A stretch of DNA of 63,737 nt, counting the filler, from Choristocarpus tenellus KU-1152 (Eukaryota > Protista > Phaeophyceae), in NCBI GenBank assembly GCA_964200185.2. It is 11 parts of 11 records of this genome, joined end to end, with 100 filler letters (N's around TTAATTAATTAA, not from the genome) between each part and the next. Parts side by side here need not be neighbours in the genome. Positions count along the whole stretch, not along the records: positions 36,229 to 39,724 come from CAXNAD020019634.1; positions 39,825 to 45,292 come from CAXNAD020010687.1; positions 45,393 to 50,919 come from CAXNAD020010521.1; 8 more parts are not named here. One strand, given 5' to 3'. The notes under the pieces were generated by a model. The model did no database searches, was not told the origin of the DNA, and worked only from the letters and a program-made list of their open reading frames with translations. This document shows, piece after piece, positions 36,482-50,919 of the stretch; the stretch's first letter is position 1; each line of letters begins with the position of its first letter. The translations under genes and the position numbers were made by a program.

Positions 36482-39400
36482 ACATGATGTTGCTCTCCCC
36501 CATTCGCCAGATTATCCAAGTGGATCGGCTGGTCATCGCCAACAGCACCAACAGCGCCATGCGGGCCAAAGCCGACGGCAAACCTCTCGACTTCGTGTTC
36601 ATGTCCGTAGACGCCGCGAACCAGACATCACACGCCCTACCAGCACTTTACCCACCTACCCACGGCGGTGACAGGTTACCACACGCACGCATAGTCCATC
36701 TGACAACAAGTTTACGGCCGAACGCGGAACAGAATAGACGAACCTGTTTTATTCTACAAATGAGTGCAAAGTCCCAAGAAATAACCGCCAAAACAGACGC
36801 ATATAATTCTACTACCTATTCCGTTCATCTTGATGACGACGCACCATAGAACCTTTCTTACACGTTTCTTTGGTTCATGTCCTTCTTATCAGGGGCTACT
36901 CCGAGCGCCAGAAGATCATGGTCTAACACGTCGAAGGCCAGTTCGCGGAGGTGTTCTTCACTCCTATATATCTTGGAGGAGGTACGTATTGTGGGTCGTG
37001 GCAAACAATCACATGACTGAATAGATGCTGGTTGCGCACGCACCACTTGATTTGCCGTCGTGGCGAGTGGACCTGCCGTAGGTTACATACCTGAGGACGA
37101 GTACATCCTTATACGATGTGCCTACAGATACCGCAGGCCTAGTGAACAGTCGATTAACTGATGATGCGCTGTGCTCCCGTGCCCTCCTAGGCCTCAGCTT
37201 AGGGTTAGAGTGAGAGGAGCGTAAGAGCTAATCAACGAGGAGGAAAACCCACAGACATGTATATCAGCCATTCGGGTGTATGTGCTCTACATTGCAAAAA
37301 CAAATTCCATAACCCCTCTTTTTAGCTCCAAATAAACAATGTGTAAGTAAGCAGAGTACTATTTGCCAACTAACGACGGACATCATCGTTCGCGCAGGTT
37401 GTAACCTTGTCTGCACAGCCACCCACCTTGACCTCACAAGGCTTATCGACAAGTACCACAACAGCCTCGATCACGTGGGGAGTTGCATCATCTAGCACGC
37501 GCATTGGCAGGTAAGCAAGTTTCATCTTGACACGACCTACTCAACACATACTCGCTGAATACCGATCACCAAGTAACTAACTGCACGGTCTTTAGTTTTG
37601 GTTTGTGTGTTGCAACCTGATTGTTTGATGGCGGTGATGTAGAGCTTGCGCTCTAGCAGTACTGGAAACATACCCTGTTTCTCCTCGAAACACGGCGAAA
37701 TGGGCTGACATATCGGCCTGACGCCTATCTCTCCCTCGCTCCCAACTCCCCAAACTGGCCAGGTCGACAACTGCGTCTCAGAGAACAAGAACAATTTCTT
37801 TCTCGGATATGCGGGGCTGTTGGTCGCGGCGAGTGTCATTCGTGTGGTCGAGATACATTTTATGATGGTGGGGCACACGCACATCAAAATCGATCAGATC
37901 TTCTCCAGCTAATTAGGCAAGATATACAAGTGTGTTAGCCACATAGTGTTTTTATATGGACAGATACTGCCTCGAGGCTTGCAGCTCACGCTTGTTGCAT
38001 CCATGGGAGGTTTATGGTCATACACTGTAATTGATTGATTGGCTTTTGATTTCCCCACAACAAAATTGAACGATAAGAGCAGCTGCCAAAACTGCTTCGT
38101 AACCTACTCTCGAAACAAAACAATAAAAAAATGTACATATCACCCCTTTTTATATCTATACTTCCATATAGATGCATCGGAGCATGTGCCTGCATATATA
38201 TCTTGCTTCTCCACTTCGTTTCTTTCGCCCCCGCCTCAAAATTAACTTGCTTGCATTTCACCTTCAGGTTCTCACGTGGTATAAAAGGGAAGAACATATT
38301 CACAAGAACAAAACTGGGTGAAGAGCTGCAGGCCTCTTACACGGAGGTTCCAGTCTACTGCAAGACCCTACGGAACAAGGGAAACTTCAAGGGACTCCTT
38401 CGCGGTCGCGTCAACCGTGTCCCCAATATCACGAGCTACAGGGCTTTTCGTGTTGAAAAAGGCGGTGATGGGCGGGTTAAGGTTAGCGTAAAGCGATACA
38501 TGCACAGCACCGAATGGAGTGGGATAGGCGGAGACCTTGCTATCGACCACAACGCCCCTCCGCATGACCTCTTCATCGGCCACCCGCCTCGTATCCTAGA
38601 TGCACCACCCTACCAGCTCAAGAACGTTCCCGAAGACGTCATCCTGAAGGTGGAGCAGCAGTACCAGGCGTCGCATGAGCGCCTCGCAGCTGCGTACCCA
38701 CTGGGTAAGTCGATTTTTTCGTGAGGAGAGTTGATGCTAATTTTTGTATTCGATGGCAGCCAAAAACATCTCGTGCAACTTCTGTACGAGGCAGCCTTTA
38801 CAGCCTTTACAAAAACAATCTTGAAAAATATTCCATTCTCATGCGTAGTGATCGTCACGTGTTACAAAAAAAAGTACCATAGATTACCCCTGACAAATGT
38901 TTTGAGGGTACCGGTCTTGTACTCAACAGACACGAATCCGACGAAATATACACCCTCCCTCTCACTGCATGCTCCCCGAGCGCGTTCGTGAAACCTCACG
39001 CCTGGTAACAAAGTAACATTCATGCTTCCATACCATTGATGTTCTCGTGCTCATAGATTCCACCTTCGCAGACGATGAAGCCATTCAGAGAGCGAAACAC
39101 GAGCAAAGCGAGTCTGTGCTGCTTCTCAAAAAAGACAGGGGAACGAGACTTCGACCTCCCAGTTCATTGGCTTCCCACCGATGACAATGGTGCTGAAACT
39201 AGTACCAGCGACGTCAAAGACACGGACCAGGGCGAACGTTCGAGTGGAGGAGATAATATTGTCAGCGGTGACAATGATCTCCGCGGGCTCGAGGAAACAA
39301 ACTCTTCCTCATCGGACAGTGACAAGGAAGAAGCTGGCTCCCGTCGACGGCGTTGGCCTCGTGCTACCTTGACATCGGCGAACCATGGAAACCTCGTCTC

Positions 39401-39724
39401 TGTGTAGGAAGGCAGATTTTCCTTTTTTGTGGCAACGGAGGCGCTGCTCTTGGTCGGCAAGATCCTAGCGGAGCACATCGGCGAGGATGGGGAGCGTGGG
39501 GTGGATCTTCACTGGCTTCGGCCGACCAGTGACCACAAACGTGACAACGCCGCGTTTATGACCCTTGAGAAGTACGGGAAAAGTGGTTTTGTAGAAGGCT
39601 ACATACACGCTGGTCATAAATCCAGGCGAACTGGGAAACAGAAGCGGGTTAAAGACGTAAGCTGGGAACCGGTGGCGGGGATTGTTTCGACTTGCGAGAA
39701 ACTTGTTGGGAACGGCAAAAAGAT
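36482..39724 (+). pseudogene. Intron-containing DUF7869-type (Sola-like DDE) transposase, inactivated
   Basis: Exons encode FMSVDAANQTSHALP (~36600), FTPIYLGG|GCNLVCT, HWQ|VDNCVSENKNNFFLGYAGLLV..IHFMMVGHTHIKIDQIFS (37763-37908) and RFSRGIKGKNI.. (from 38268). In-frame stops occur (e.g. TAG 37493-37495, TAG 39405-39407), and the donor at 37909 reads CT instead of GT. Confidence 0.8.
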
Positions 39725-41908
39725 NNNNNNNNNNNNNNNNNNNNNNNNNNNNNNNNNNNNNNNNNNNNTTAATTAATTAANNNNNNNNNNNNNNNNNNNN
39801 NNNNNNNNNNNNNNNNNNNNNNNNCACATTACTGATCCATCCAACCTATGCAACCAAATCACCATGAAATCGAGACAAGAAAAAATTGTCTCCAAATGGA
39901 CAGCCGCCACCCCCTCCCAGATACTTTGACCCTCACAGATGTGAAAAATTTCTTCTACAAGCTTGTTCTGCAACCCTCCAGGGTTAGAGGATCCTTGAGT
40001 TGGCATGCATCATGGGCCGACAAAGATTGAATGCAGTGGACCGAAAATGCTCAGTTCCATTGATTAGGTGTCGCTTCAAATATGAGCTGGGTAAGGTTCA
40101 ACAGTACTACCGTCCATACCGTGACATTGGTGAGGTGTTTTTGTCGTTTTTTCTTAGCAGGGAGCTTCAGGAGAGAGTTGGCATCGATGTTCACAAGGGT
40201 TGGTCAGGGGGGGAATGGTGGAGTAGAGAATATTTCCTCTTTTTTTTTCTCAACAAGACAGCTCAGACAGAATGAGTAGCACTGACTACACAAAACCTCC
40301 TTGACATCTAAGATACTGATTGTGTGAGATGAACCTATTTACACATGGGCATTTACGGCGTATTGTTTTTTGGCTTACCTATGTGAAATTATATCCAGAC
40401 TTATGAGGAGCAGGCGTTTTCCGCGCTCACATCATAAATGCATGCACATGGCTTCAGTACAATGCGAAAGTACTACTGGGTGTTGAGAATAAAAAAAAGG
40501 GAGTTTTATAAAAAAACCTTGTTACCCTTCAGACAGACGTCCCCCACGACTTCCTCCCAGTTGGCTACTATCTCTTACCTCATGCTTGAGGGAATTCAGT
40601 ATCAGTAGTGAAGAAGAGTAGTTACTGAGGCCTTGTCGCAGTCAAATACTGTTGAGCACAGTACTTGTCATGATATATGTTGCCCACTGGAGTCTGAATG
40701 ATGACTATGATTCAAAAATATTGAGTGGTGGTGGAGTTGTAGGAGAAAGAGAGCAATAGCAGCAAGCACTGACCCACACAAAAAATCTGGAACAATTAGA
40801 TACATTAGTTCCGCATGCACTATGCCTTGAATTGATTGAGACTCACACCGAAGCAGTGTAGTACGTACGATTCTTTAACTCCAAACACAAAGGGTATTAG
40901 GTAGCATATTTTGTAGGCATTGCTGGAGATATCAATCATTTGAAGGACTTTTGTTGTAAGGACTTCCCAAGTCTACGACTAGCACATTCTGCCATGTATC
41001 AAAACGTTGATGGTATTCCAGAGCAAAAACAAAAAGTCTTCCATATTAGCCAGTACTACAACAGTATATTTATTGTATTACTCTTAAGTGGAAGTACTTG
41101 GTATATCAAGTAGTAGTAGTAACAAACTACTACTCTATACACAAATACATTTTTGCATATTACAAAAAAATAAATAAATATATATATATAAATGGTTGGG
41201 ATCTCTGAATATGGGAGTCAATGACAGTCACTGGATCGTGTGACAGCTTGTAAGAGGTGGGGGCCAACAGAGTCCCCAAATAGGTGCCTGCAACTTCATG
41301 AGCATGATGTGTGCGCCAAAGCCCCGACAGAATGACAGAACAGGTCAAATCCTGCTCAACTCTGACACATCAGATGGACCAAAAGACAAGGAGATCTGAC
41401 CGACCAAGGATCAACAGAGATCCAACATAGACATCCAACTGAGGACTAGAGAAGATGGGTGGCAGTAAGGGAGAACGGCAAGACCATGTACTAGATGTGT
41501 CCAACAGAACCTCCTCCCCGTAACAACAAACAAACCATCCTTCCTGCTTGTTTATATCGTGACTCCCTCCATGTTGATCTCTTAGTTTAGAAAACAGCAA
41601 AAGTCGTGAGCGGTATGGGTGCCACAGCATCAGGTTTGGTAGGAATGCAGTACATCCACTCACTCAGTACCCAACAATTACCAGCTTGAGGTTGAGAGAT
41701 GTACAACACACATCAGATGGAGCCTTTTCCTGCTAAGCAAACTGTCACTTCCTTCACTGATGACAGTGCCACCAAGTGCGACCCATGCAATATTCTACTT
41801 GGTACATAAGTGTGCCCATCAACATTCTCCTCTCCGTCTTGTTGAGCACCCAACCACACCCCTTGTGCCCCTATGCCCTGGAAAACCTTGCCACCATCAC
41901 AGAGCATC

Positions 41909-44244
41909 CTATGATCCCCCCTTTGACCCCCCACTTCCATTTCCTCCCCCATTCGACCTTGCTGTTGATTCTCCAGCCCCAGCCTCAGCCTTGTCATCCC
42001 TTTCCCCCCCCACAGTCCCTTTGTGGTCTAGAGGTGCTGCTATTTGGTCCTTGTCTACCAAGGAGAGCTCCAGCATCATGGGGGAGTGGTCAGATCCCAT
42101 GTAACCATTTCTTTCCACTCCTGATCCGAACACAGTTACCTTTTTCACCCTTGGAACCAATACTCTTGACGCAAGGGCAAGATCGATCCTCATTCCCTAA
42201 GGGATAGAGTTTGTTGTTGGTATATGTATAGGAGTGGAGGAACAGGGTAAGGCGACGAAATCCACAAGTGAGAAACAAAGTTTGTCTTAAGGTATACTAT
42301 ACTGCAATTGACATATTTCTTGATCCTGTAAAAAATGGATACATACAAGAATGAACGGACACTTTAACTGGAAGAGTGTACCCAACATCAGGTGAACTCA
42401 AATGTGAAGAGGGGATGGCTTCTGTCGGTTGTGTCCATCTCATTTGGGCAATGTGAGGATCCCATTTCACTTAGCCTAAGAACAGTGCAAGAACAGTCTA
42501 CACACCGATTCAGACCACATCTTATCCATAGGGTGGGCGGGGATGAGGAGGAGGCTACCTCTAAAGACAGAGCAGGAGCAGTTGATAGCAGTCAACATCA
42601 ATAGGACCAAAAATATACCTACAATAATGTACAAGTTGATAGCAGCGATTGCACGTATGGATTCTCTCAAGTCCGTAAGAAATGTGCACAGTAGTTTAAC
42701 ATAGGTCACAATGACTTCCAAGGGGTTGTGACTTCAAAGGGTTGTGACTTGAATCTATTTGTGATATTTTGCCAGACGTTCCAACTTCTGCAGGGGTGGA
42801 CAATTAGAGAGTTACATTTATGTAACCCACCCCATCACACACCACCAACTCCTGGCCCCCTCACCCCCTAGTGTCTCTGTCAGAGTTCGGTTACCTTCAA
42901 ACACAATGAAGAATAACCAACAGCCAACAACTTCCTTACCTTCCCAAAAAAAATCCCTGCTGCGTCAAAGGTTGTCCCTTTATTTCCCCTCCAAGTATAG
43001 TCCCTCCCCTCTGGGTAGAGGTAGCGATACGCATCAATCAGCCCTCCCGCACACAAGAGCTCAGCATGGCGTTGCTTTTCCCCAGGTGTGCAGCCAGGCT
43101 GACCACAATTAACAGGGTCGACAGATTGGCACCTTGCCTGCACAACATGGTATGAATCGGTGCAAGTACCACAATGAGGTGTAAGGAGGGGGGGGGGAGA
43201 GGTTGTGTGTTAGTCAACCAGGAGAGATGAGGGTAAGTGTAGACATTAGTTCCAAAACGAGATGGGGATCGTGGCTAGGGAATGAGTTGTAGGGAGTGCA
43301 GCAGAGTTTTGGCGTAGAACCTTGGTGTATTGTATTTGGTGCTTGTATGCGACAGGAACGGTGATCAGGCAACAAAATAAAATATAAATAATGTTACCTG
43401 TACAAATATACCATTGTGGGGTTGCATCATGGTGTTGGGGTGTACAGATGTCAAGATGAACAGTGCATGACCAACGATCGTGAGAAGAGGTCTTCATGTG
43501 TTTTGGTCTCGGAATGATACAGGGAATGATGATATTAAGGGACAGTGGCATTAGGATGTTACAAGATAGTTGAAAAGCCAAAGTTGGCAAGCGTCTTTGT
43601 TCTGTAAAATAATGTGGTGCTGAGGGAGAATCAACTACAAGAGGTACTTGGTTTTTGCCTCTTTGTATCTTCTGTCTTGAGGTTATTCTTCAACTTTCAT
43701 ACCAACGAACACAATAAAGAGGGCTAGGAGCTTTACAACAAGAGCAGGAGGGCAAACATACCACGATAGACCTCAGGGTAGCCTGGAATACACAAAAACA
43801 CCATGAAAATGGGGATGTCAAGATGGCACAACACAGGTGGTATCACCTATGGACAAAACTCCACCAGCACTGGAAAAATTTGGAGCTGTCTACTGGGAAT
43901 TAGTGTGAATAGCAACATACACACCAATAGGATAAACTCTACACGTCACTCTCACCCAATAGGATACATTTATACCGCAACATCCCCTCTCTTGCAAAAG
44001 TAGAACTACAGTATACTAAAAAAAAGATAGCATATAATTTAACCATTACTCATTGTAAAGATGGAGGAAGGTTTGCCTCGTTTTGATACATGGGGAGCAG
44101 GGGGGTAAGCAACACATGCATACCTTGAAGAATTCTGGGTGTGAAAGGTCCACATCCTCAGGTGCAACATTGAGATCCCCCACGATCACCAGAGGTCGAG
44201 GATAGCTCTCCACAAAGTCCCTGAGCTTGCGGTCCCATTCACGC
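41909..44244 (-). CDS. ExoIII/AP endonuclease family, APE1L-like; last three exons (44244-44124, 43137-42940, 42196-41909)
   Basis: Motifs: REWDRKLRDFV..LVIVGDLNVAPEDVDLSHPEFF; GQPGCTPGE..LIDAYRYLYP..YTWRG; GMRIDLAL..GYMGSDHSP. All C-terminal EEP catalytic motifs are present with in-phase GT-AG boundaries. Confidence 0.92.
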
Positions 44245-45208
44245 CTTCCCAATACATGTGGTTGAGGCAGGGTTATCGAAACGTGACAGGTGGAGGGTCA
44301 ACGTTGTGCACAAGTGAGATGGAAATGCAGATCCCTTTTTAATGGGATTGGGTACGTGGATATCTTTTTGTGAGTTAGTCGGTCAGTGGGAAGAGATCAG
44401 GTATGAACATACCCTGCAGTCCATCGCTACATAGAACTAGACAGGATTATGATTATACCCATGCCTGTATACACACATGCTGACACACACACAAAAGCAG
44501 TGCGGTGTTGGTGTGTGTTGAGGTGAACTGCCGCTTGTGGCCTCAAAATCATAAGTGGTAGTATCAGGCGAATTTTTCAGGGTAGGCTCTACATTAGAGT
44601 TATGTTCTTGCAGTGCCGAATAGATGTACCCGAGACTCTTGCTTCTTTCAGCATTACACTCGGTCAATCCTTGGCTTTGAAACCGCCAGCAGTTTCACAA
44701 CAGTAAGGTACCCAATTCATTCAGCTGTGTTTCACAACTGCCGCGAGTTGTAAGGCAACTCCAGCAATGAGTATGATTCAGCAACAGTGCAGAAGTCACA
44801 CACTTCTCCATGAAAAGGAATAAAGGTGACCTCTATTGAAATATTTGAACAGATCTTCATGAGAAGAGCATAAACTGCAGTACTGGAATTGGAGAATACC
44901 CATGCCCATCATGCGGCAAAGTTTATTCCCAGAGCAGCACCATGTCCTGGCAGAGCTCAACAGAGAAAAGTAACCCCTCATATCTATTTCTTGAGTGACT
45001 CGAATAGCACCATCCATCCATCCATCCATCCATCCATCCACCCACCCACCCACCCATCCACCTGCCAAAAGGTGTACTTTCAATGCAGGTGACTATTGAA
45101 TACAGACAACAATTTCCCAAAACCAAGCCAAGAGCACACGCACTAATCCTTGTTTAACTCGGCACTTCAATGCAATACCTTTTCAGGGTTAGGGAGAGAA
45201 GTGAAAGT

Positions 45209-45257
<49 letters not shown>

Positions 45258-46580
45258 CCCCAACCCCCCCCCAGACACACCCGCGATGCTCCNNNNNNNN
45301 NNNNNNNNNNNNNNNNNNNNNNNNNNNNNNNNNNNNTTAATTAATTAANNNNNNNNNNNNNNNNNNNNNNNNNNNNNNNNNNNNNNNNNNNNAAGAGATT
45401 TTCTAAAGCGCGTTTCCGCATGTGCTCATTGACCGGGGGGGGGGGGAGGGGGGGGGGGGGGGGGAGCGGGGCGGGCCACCCAGGTTCGAAGGTCGTAAAG
45501 AGATTTTTTAAAATAATACATTTTAAAAACGCGTCAGTCCAGACAAAGAAGTTTGAGCCTGTCATGGCTGGGCCAGGATCTTCAGAGATGTTGTATCAAT
45601 CGGGCCAGGCTGCACAGGCCAGTCCGGTGCAAGGGCTCTGAAAAACGAAACAAAAATAATGTACATTAAAAAAAATATATATATATATATATTTTTTTTT
45701 TTTAATGGAAATTTTCATTATTTTTTTTTATTAAGAATCCTTACATGCAGATTTTTTTTTTAGAACAATTGAGTGTAAGAAAAAAAAGAAAAGAGAACGA
45801 TACGCACATTATACAAAAAAATAGTAGAGAAAGTAAAAAAAAAGAAGTATCGACGTACCTAAAACTCGCTGCCGAAAAGAAACAAAACGTGAAATCGACG
45901 TACAAGACCATCCCGTGGCGCCTTGTATTTTTTTTCTTTTCTTTTCTCGACCGTCCCGTCACATTGTCATTCCGGGACCGAAACGCACGTATGACGGAGA
46001 GTCTTTCACGGCGCCTCTTCCGGTTCGGTCCTCCACACGCCACAATAATAATAATAATAATGATAACAATAACAATAACAATTTTCTTTTTTTAATTCTT
46101 TGCACAAAAAAAAAACTGATGCACATTTTTTATCTCTCTTTTTTAATGGGGGGTTTCATAAAAAAATTAATATACATACATATATATTTTTATTTATTTT
46201 TTTACTGCCGCTGATATCACGAGCCGCACCTGCCTCTCCCTAACCCTAAGTACACCATCGATGACAACCAATAACAACAGAGGAAAAGGAAAAAAACTAG
46301 AGGGGGGAAAAAAAATAATAATAAAAAAATTGCACTACTGTAAGAAAAAAAAAAAAATACCAGCGATGCAAAACCGGAACATTTTTTTCGACGATATGAT
46401 CATGATTAAATCAGCTGGCGAAAAAAAATCGATCGATCGGATCGGATCGAGATATCTGGGCGAGAGGTTCCGCGCGCGAAACGCACACCGGTTGTCGAGT
46501 GGCGCATGGGGCTGCTGCGGGGCAAGAACTCCAAAGCCTCCACAGGTCTCAGGGGGGAAGATTTGAAGCAATGAAGACTT

Positions 46581-46611
46581 ACCCTAACCCTAACTCTAAC
46601 CCTAACCCTAA
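46581..46611. repeat. Interstitial telomere-like (CCCTAA)n tract; others at ~9984, ~14736, ~16484, ~24956, ~26902, ~46238, ~56821, ~62575
   Basis: Tracts of 2-5 TTAGGG/CCCTAA units, read directly. Confidence 0.85.
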
Positions 46612-48654
46612 TTGTTCCGCGAGTTGTGGGTACTAATACATATCGACACTTTGTGATGACTTCTGTGCGGGTTTTGTGAATCCCAACACGTTCAGCAGAC
46701 CCCGATCTGCAATTATTATTATTATTGGTATCATGAATCTATTATTATTATTTTTTAAATAAATAAACAAATAAACAAACAAACAAACAAACTTTTGCGA
46801 TTGATTGAGTTCATCGGGTTGTGTTCTCTGATCAATCAATCGGGCTTTTTCGGGTTTCGATCTAACTGTTGCGATTCACAAGCACAAAAAAAATAATATA
46901 AATACTGTTGAAACAAAAAGAGGACATACGTTTCGACGAAGAGTAATAATGTTAGAAGAAAAAAAAAATCAACAAAGCGGCGCATGCAACAATGGCATCA
47001 TCAACACTACTACTACTGTAGAGGAGAGAAGAGACATACATCGACATAAAATAATAATAGTAATAATAATAATAAGGCGCAACAAAAAAAAAGGTAGCCA
47101 TCACCACGAACACCGTTCTCGACAAGGGTGAGATAGGATATCGCTCAGCAGTCATCACCAAAAAAAAAAAAAAGGCTGTCAAATATGAAATCATTGTGGG
47201 CTTGATTGACAAAGTGCTTCTTCAGCAAAGATAAACCAGACGACTAAATTCAGGTCCCTCCCGGAGAATGGGTTAGGCGGGTCCCTTCGCCGGCTGCATG
47301 CAATCCATCAACCGCAGGTTATATATGCATACGGTATCTCTCTCAAGAGGAATCACATATCCATACTGTGCCCACTGAGTACTCACCAACCCAAAGGCTT
47401 CTCAATGTATAGAAACCCCCGTGCACATCTTACAAGACAAGTATATATGCAGACTGTAAGCATGAGCAAACAATTCTTGCCATTCACAGTATTACTGAGA
47501 TGCAATTAAAAAAGTAAGTAACACCTCCAAAAGAAAAAAAAAAGTATCTCTGAATATTGTCAGATACTTGTTGGTTCACAAGTTCACTTGGTTTTAGACT
47601 GCCGCCGATGGATGTGGACGGTGCTTCAATGACCACGGTTGACAGGGTGAGAGGAGTTGAGGAACGGTGATACCCAGGAGCAAAGCTCGGTGGAGGAGTG
47701 TAACTGTCATCAGAAAGAAACGCCTGAAAAAAATTTAGTGCACAAACACGGTCGAGAAAGGCACCAGGTACTTACTCCCACCCAGTCAAAAGGTCTCACC
47801 AACAAAAGATGTAGGCACTATATTCCACTCACACGTGAAGATAGAGATCACAAAATATGTATATATATAGAGAGAGCGCTATGGTTCCCTATGTCAAACA
47901 GGGACTGATGTTACTGGAAGGAAGATAGGGAAATTCAAGAACTATGGTTCAAATTCAATGCAGGATGGTACCACGTATCACTGCAGGGTAGTATCTCAAC
48001 AATCACAACGCTGCTCGCACAAAACACAGTACCGAGAAGTCCTCTGTAATGTGCGAGGCTTGCTTTAGACTCGAGCTCTTGGGGCAAAAGTCTCCAAGGG
48101 GCTGGGCATGTCGACAATAGTATAGCAATAATTGGATAAGCATTTACAATGGGACATACAGGATGAGCTCATCCTAGATAATGAGTATGTGGTTTACCCT
48201 GATGCGGTCAAAGAAGTCGGATTGTTCCATTGGCGTGAGCTGAAAGGTGCACTCTCTCTGGCTTCCACCATCCCGCCTACGCCTCTTGCTGCGTGCTCCT
48301 ACCCCACCCGATCCCGGACCTCCAGTTTCCGCACACTCGCTGTCATGCCGCCGACGTCCTGGTCGCCTGTGGTGATCACAAGTTGAATAGAAAAAAATTG
48401 CGAGGCAAAGGTATGCTACAAGTTATGTTTAGTATAACGGGGGAGATCTTTTAGAAGTAATGTAAGAAGGATTACATTTAATGATATTTTCGAGACCCAC
48501 ACATCAATCGTAACTTCTCACCTGCTACTAAAACTCCTCACCTAAGCACCTCGAGGATAATGCTCCAATCGTCATCCCAACTTCCCTCTCTCCACTAGCC
48601 CTAAAACCGCCACAGTATCACACACACACATACCCGTCCCCCACATCAATCTTC

Positions 48655-49412
48655 ACTCACCAGCCAGTAGTTGTGGTTGCACTGCCTGCGCCAAAGGGGC
48701 TTCCACTCCCCTCTGGGGACCCCAACCCAACGCCCTCTCCTGCTGCATGACCTCCGCTAACGGACCCTCTTCCTCCCGGGGACTGCAACGCTTCTGGTGG
48801 CCTGAACTCTGACACCGAGTCCGAACCTGAGCCCGAGCCTGTGCCTGACCCAGAACCTGCCTCAGCCCCTGCGTCTATGCCACTGCCGGCTTCAGGGTCA
48901 CCAGATATGGAATCTGTTCAGTCGTAACAGAAGGATGTTTCAGTCAGGGTTTGATAGTATATGTGCGCGTGTGCGTTTGAATTGCTCAGGGGTTGAGGTA
49001 CATTCCCTCCCTTTCCTCTGAAGCAAACGCCCTACTGCATATGCCCATCTTCTGCATATCCAATCTCAGTGGTTGATTTAAAGCATAATTACGAGATCCG
49101 TGAATAATGCATACACAGAAGAGGGAGAAGGTGGGTGCAGCACCATGCCCAAGAAAATTTTCTTAACGAAAGAGGAGCAGCCAGATGCAGGACGACGTGA
49201 TAATGCACGGTATTCATCTACACCAAATCAGAACTTCAATGATTTCGCTTTGCGTGGAAGAAATAATCACCACTTTCGGTCTCCATAGACACCGTTTCCG
49301 CAGATTCCATCTTCGGTTCTTCAGGAGACATATGAGAACCTATGTTGCCTGAGTCTGAGGCAGACAGATTGTCCATGTTCTCCACTATCTCGTCCGAACC
49401 AGGTTCAGTCTC
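48655..49412 (-). CDS. Probable exons of an unidentified acidic/Gly-Ser low-complexity protein
   Basis: AG-flanked open segments at ~49412-49272 (ETEPGSDEIVENMDNLSASDSG..METES) and ~48915-48660 (SISGDPEAGSGIDAGAEAGSGSGTGSGSGSDS..) with raised GC content. No recognisable domain. Confidence 0.35.
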
Positions 49413-50849
49413 CTAGCCCAGCTGTGACTACTTCTACAGTTCCAAACGTACCGCAATGCAACGGGTAACAGATATTGTCACTGGTATCTGGGTATGGGGA
49501 TGAGGTGAGGAACCCTCAAGTATAGTATAGTGACCAATACCAACGTCAAATGTTATTTGGAACGTTGTGAACTAGCCTTTGTAATCAAAAAACAGTTTGA
49601 CCACCGCCTCCTTCAGAAGAGATTGGTAGGTTTGAAATCTGTAACTTTTTACAGCATATATAACGGTTGTATATAATATAATGTGTATTAAGGCAGACTC
49701 TCACCATCACAAAAAAAAAAAAGTGATATCGTTCCGCAAAACGAGTTAGAAAGGTGGTCACCATAATGTAAACCCTCTTCTACGCACCAACTACACTAAT
49801 CTGCCAATACGTACCACCCTACAAAGGGTGAAATCCAAGAGGCCTCTTCCACATCATCGTTGATACAATGTGACAGGATGCGACAGGCAAACACGACTTG
49901 GTACGATGTATGGCGAAACCTATATCTAAAACGAATTCATCCCTCCACAATTCTTATTTTCTTAGCAAATAATGATGTGAGTACACGTCACAGTTCCTGA
50001 TAACGCCACTAGAAACATGGTTTGATATTGTGAGTGTGTCTGTTATACTTGGTAAAATGGTGTTTTAGAGTGGATAGAATATTTGTTTCCAAGACTGACT
50101 TCTACTGACTAATTTCGTATTCTGAGTGGTGTTAAATTCTGAACTACGGCAGTTTAATCAGAACACCTTGTCTCAAACATTGCCCCACTAAAAAGATATC
50201 CTCTGTCTGACAGGAATAGATGTGTGGGGGGGGGGGGGGGGGGGGGGAGGGGAAGTCACCAATGAGTTCCTCGTGAAGATTAGGTAGCCCCTGTTGGGCA
50301 TATTATGACAATGCCAGTAATCCGACAAGCATAACCTTAACGCGGGTCAAACCGGAGAGGCCTTCCCTACGGTAGTTTATACAATGTAATAGGTGAGGAC
50401 CATTTATTTGATAGGATGTGTTGATACCTATTCTACGTTACAACTTCGTCCCTCCATTACACACTGCTTAGCCAACTTTTTTTCAGCAAGAGTACACATC
50501 ATTATCATTACAAATTACGCCTCTTCTACAAACATGCTCTTCTTGATATATTTTAGCGACTACCACACTCTCTAAAATTGTGTTTTAGATTACCTAGAAA
50601 ATTCGCGTCCGAGACAGATCCCAATGCTTTCGCATAGACCCTCAGCCTTGTAACAGGAACTTTTTTTTTAAAGACTGGGTCAGCCCTTAGCCCTTGTTAA
50701 TTCCGTGAAGCAACCCATTCAAACCCTTTATGCCCCCCTCATGTACGTACTGTGCAGAACCCAATGATTTACACCCATCCACCAGTCTGTCCTATTAATA
50801 CAACTATTATTGCTGACCCTGATCTATAAAATGAAAAACAAAACTGGAA

Positions 50850-50919
50850 ATAACAGCCGATTTCAGAAATTGAGGATGGAGCTTTTCATTGAGGATGGGC
50901 TTGACCCAAAATTGACTGG
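50850..50919 (+). mobile_element. MITE terminal arm, second copy, cut by contig end
   Basis: ATAACAGCCGATTTCAGAAATTGAGGATGGAGCTTTTCATTGAGGATGGGCTTGACCCAAAATTGACTGG matches the reverse complement of the right arm of the 59035-59252 element. Confidence 0.85.

Noticed and set aside
45393-47250. Lys/Phe/Ile-rich ORFs
   Set aside because: They arise from poly-A/T and (AAT)n tracts.
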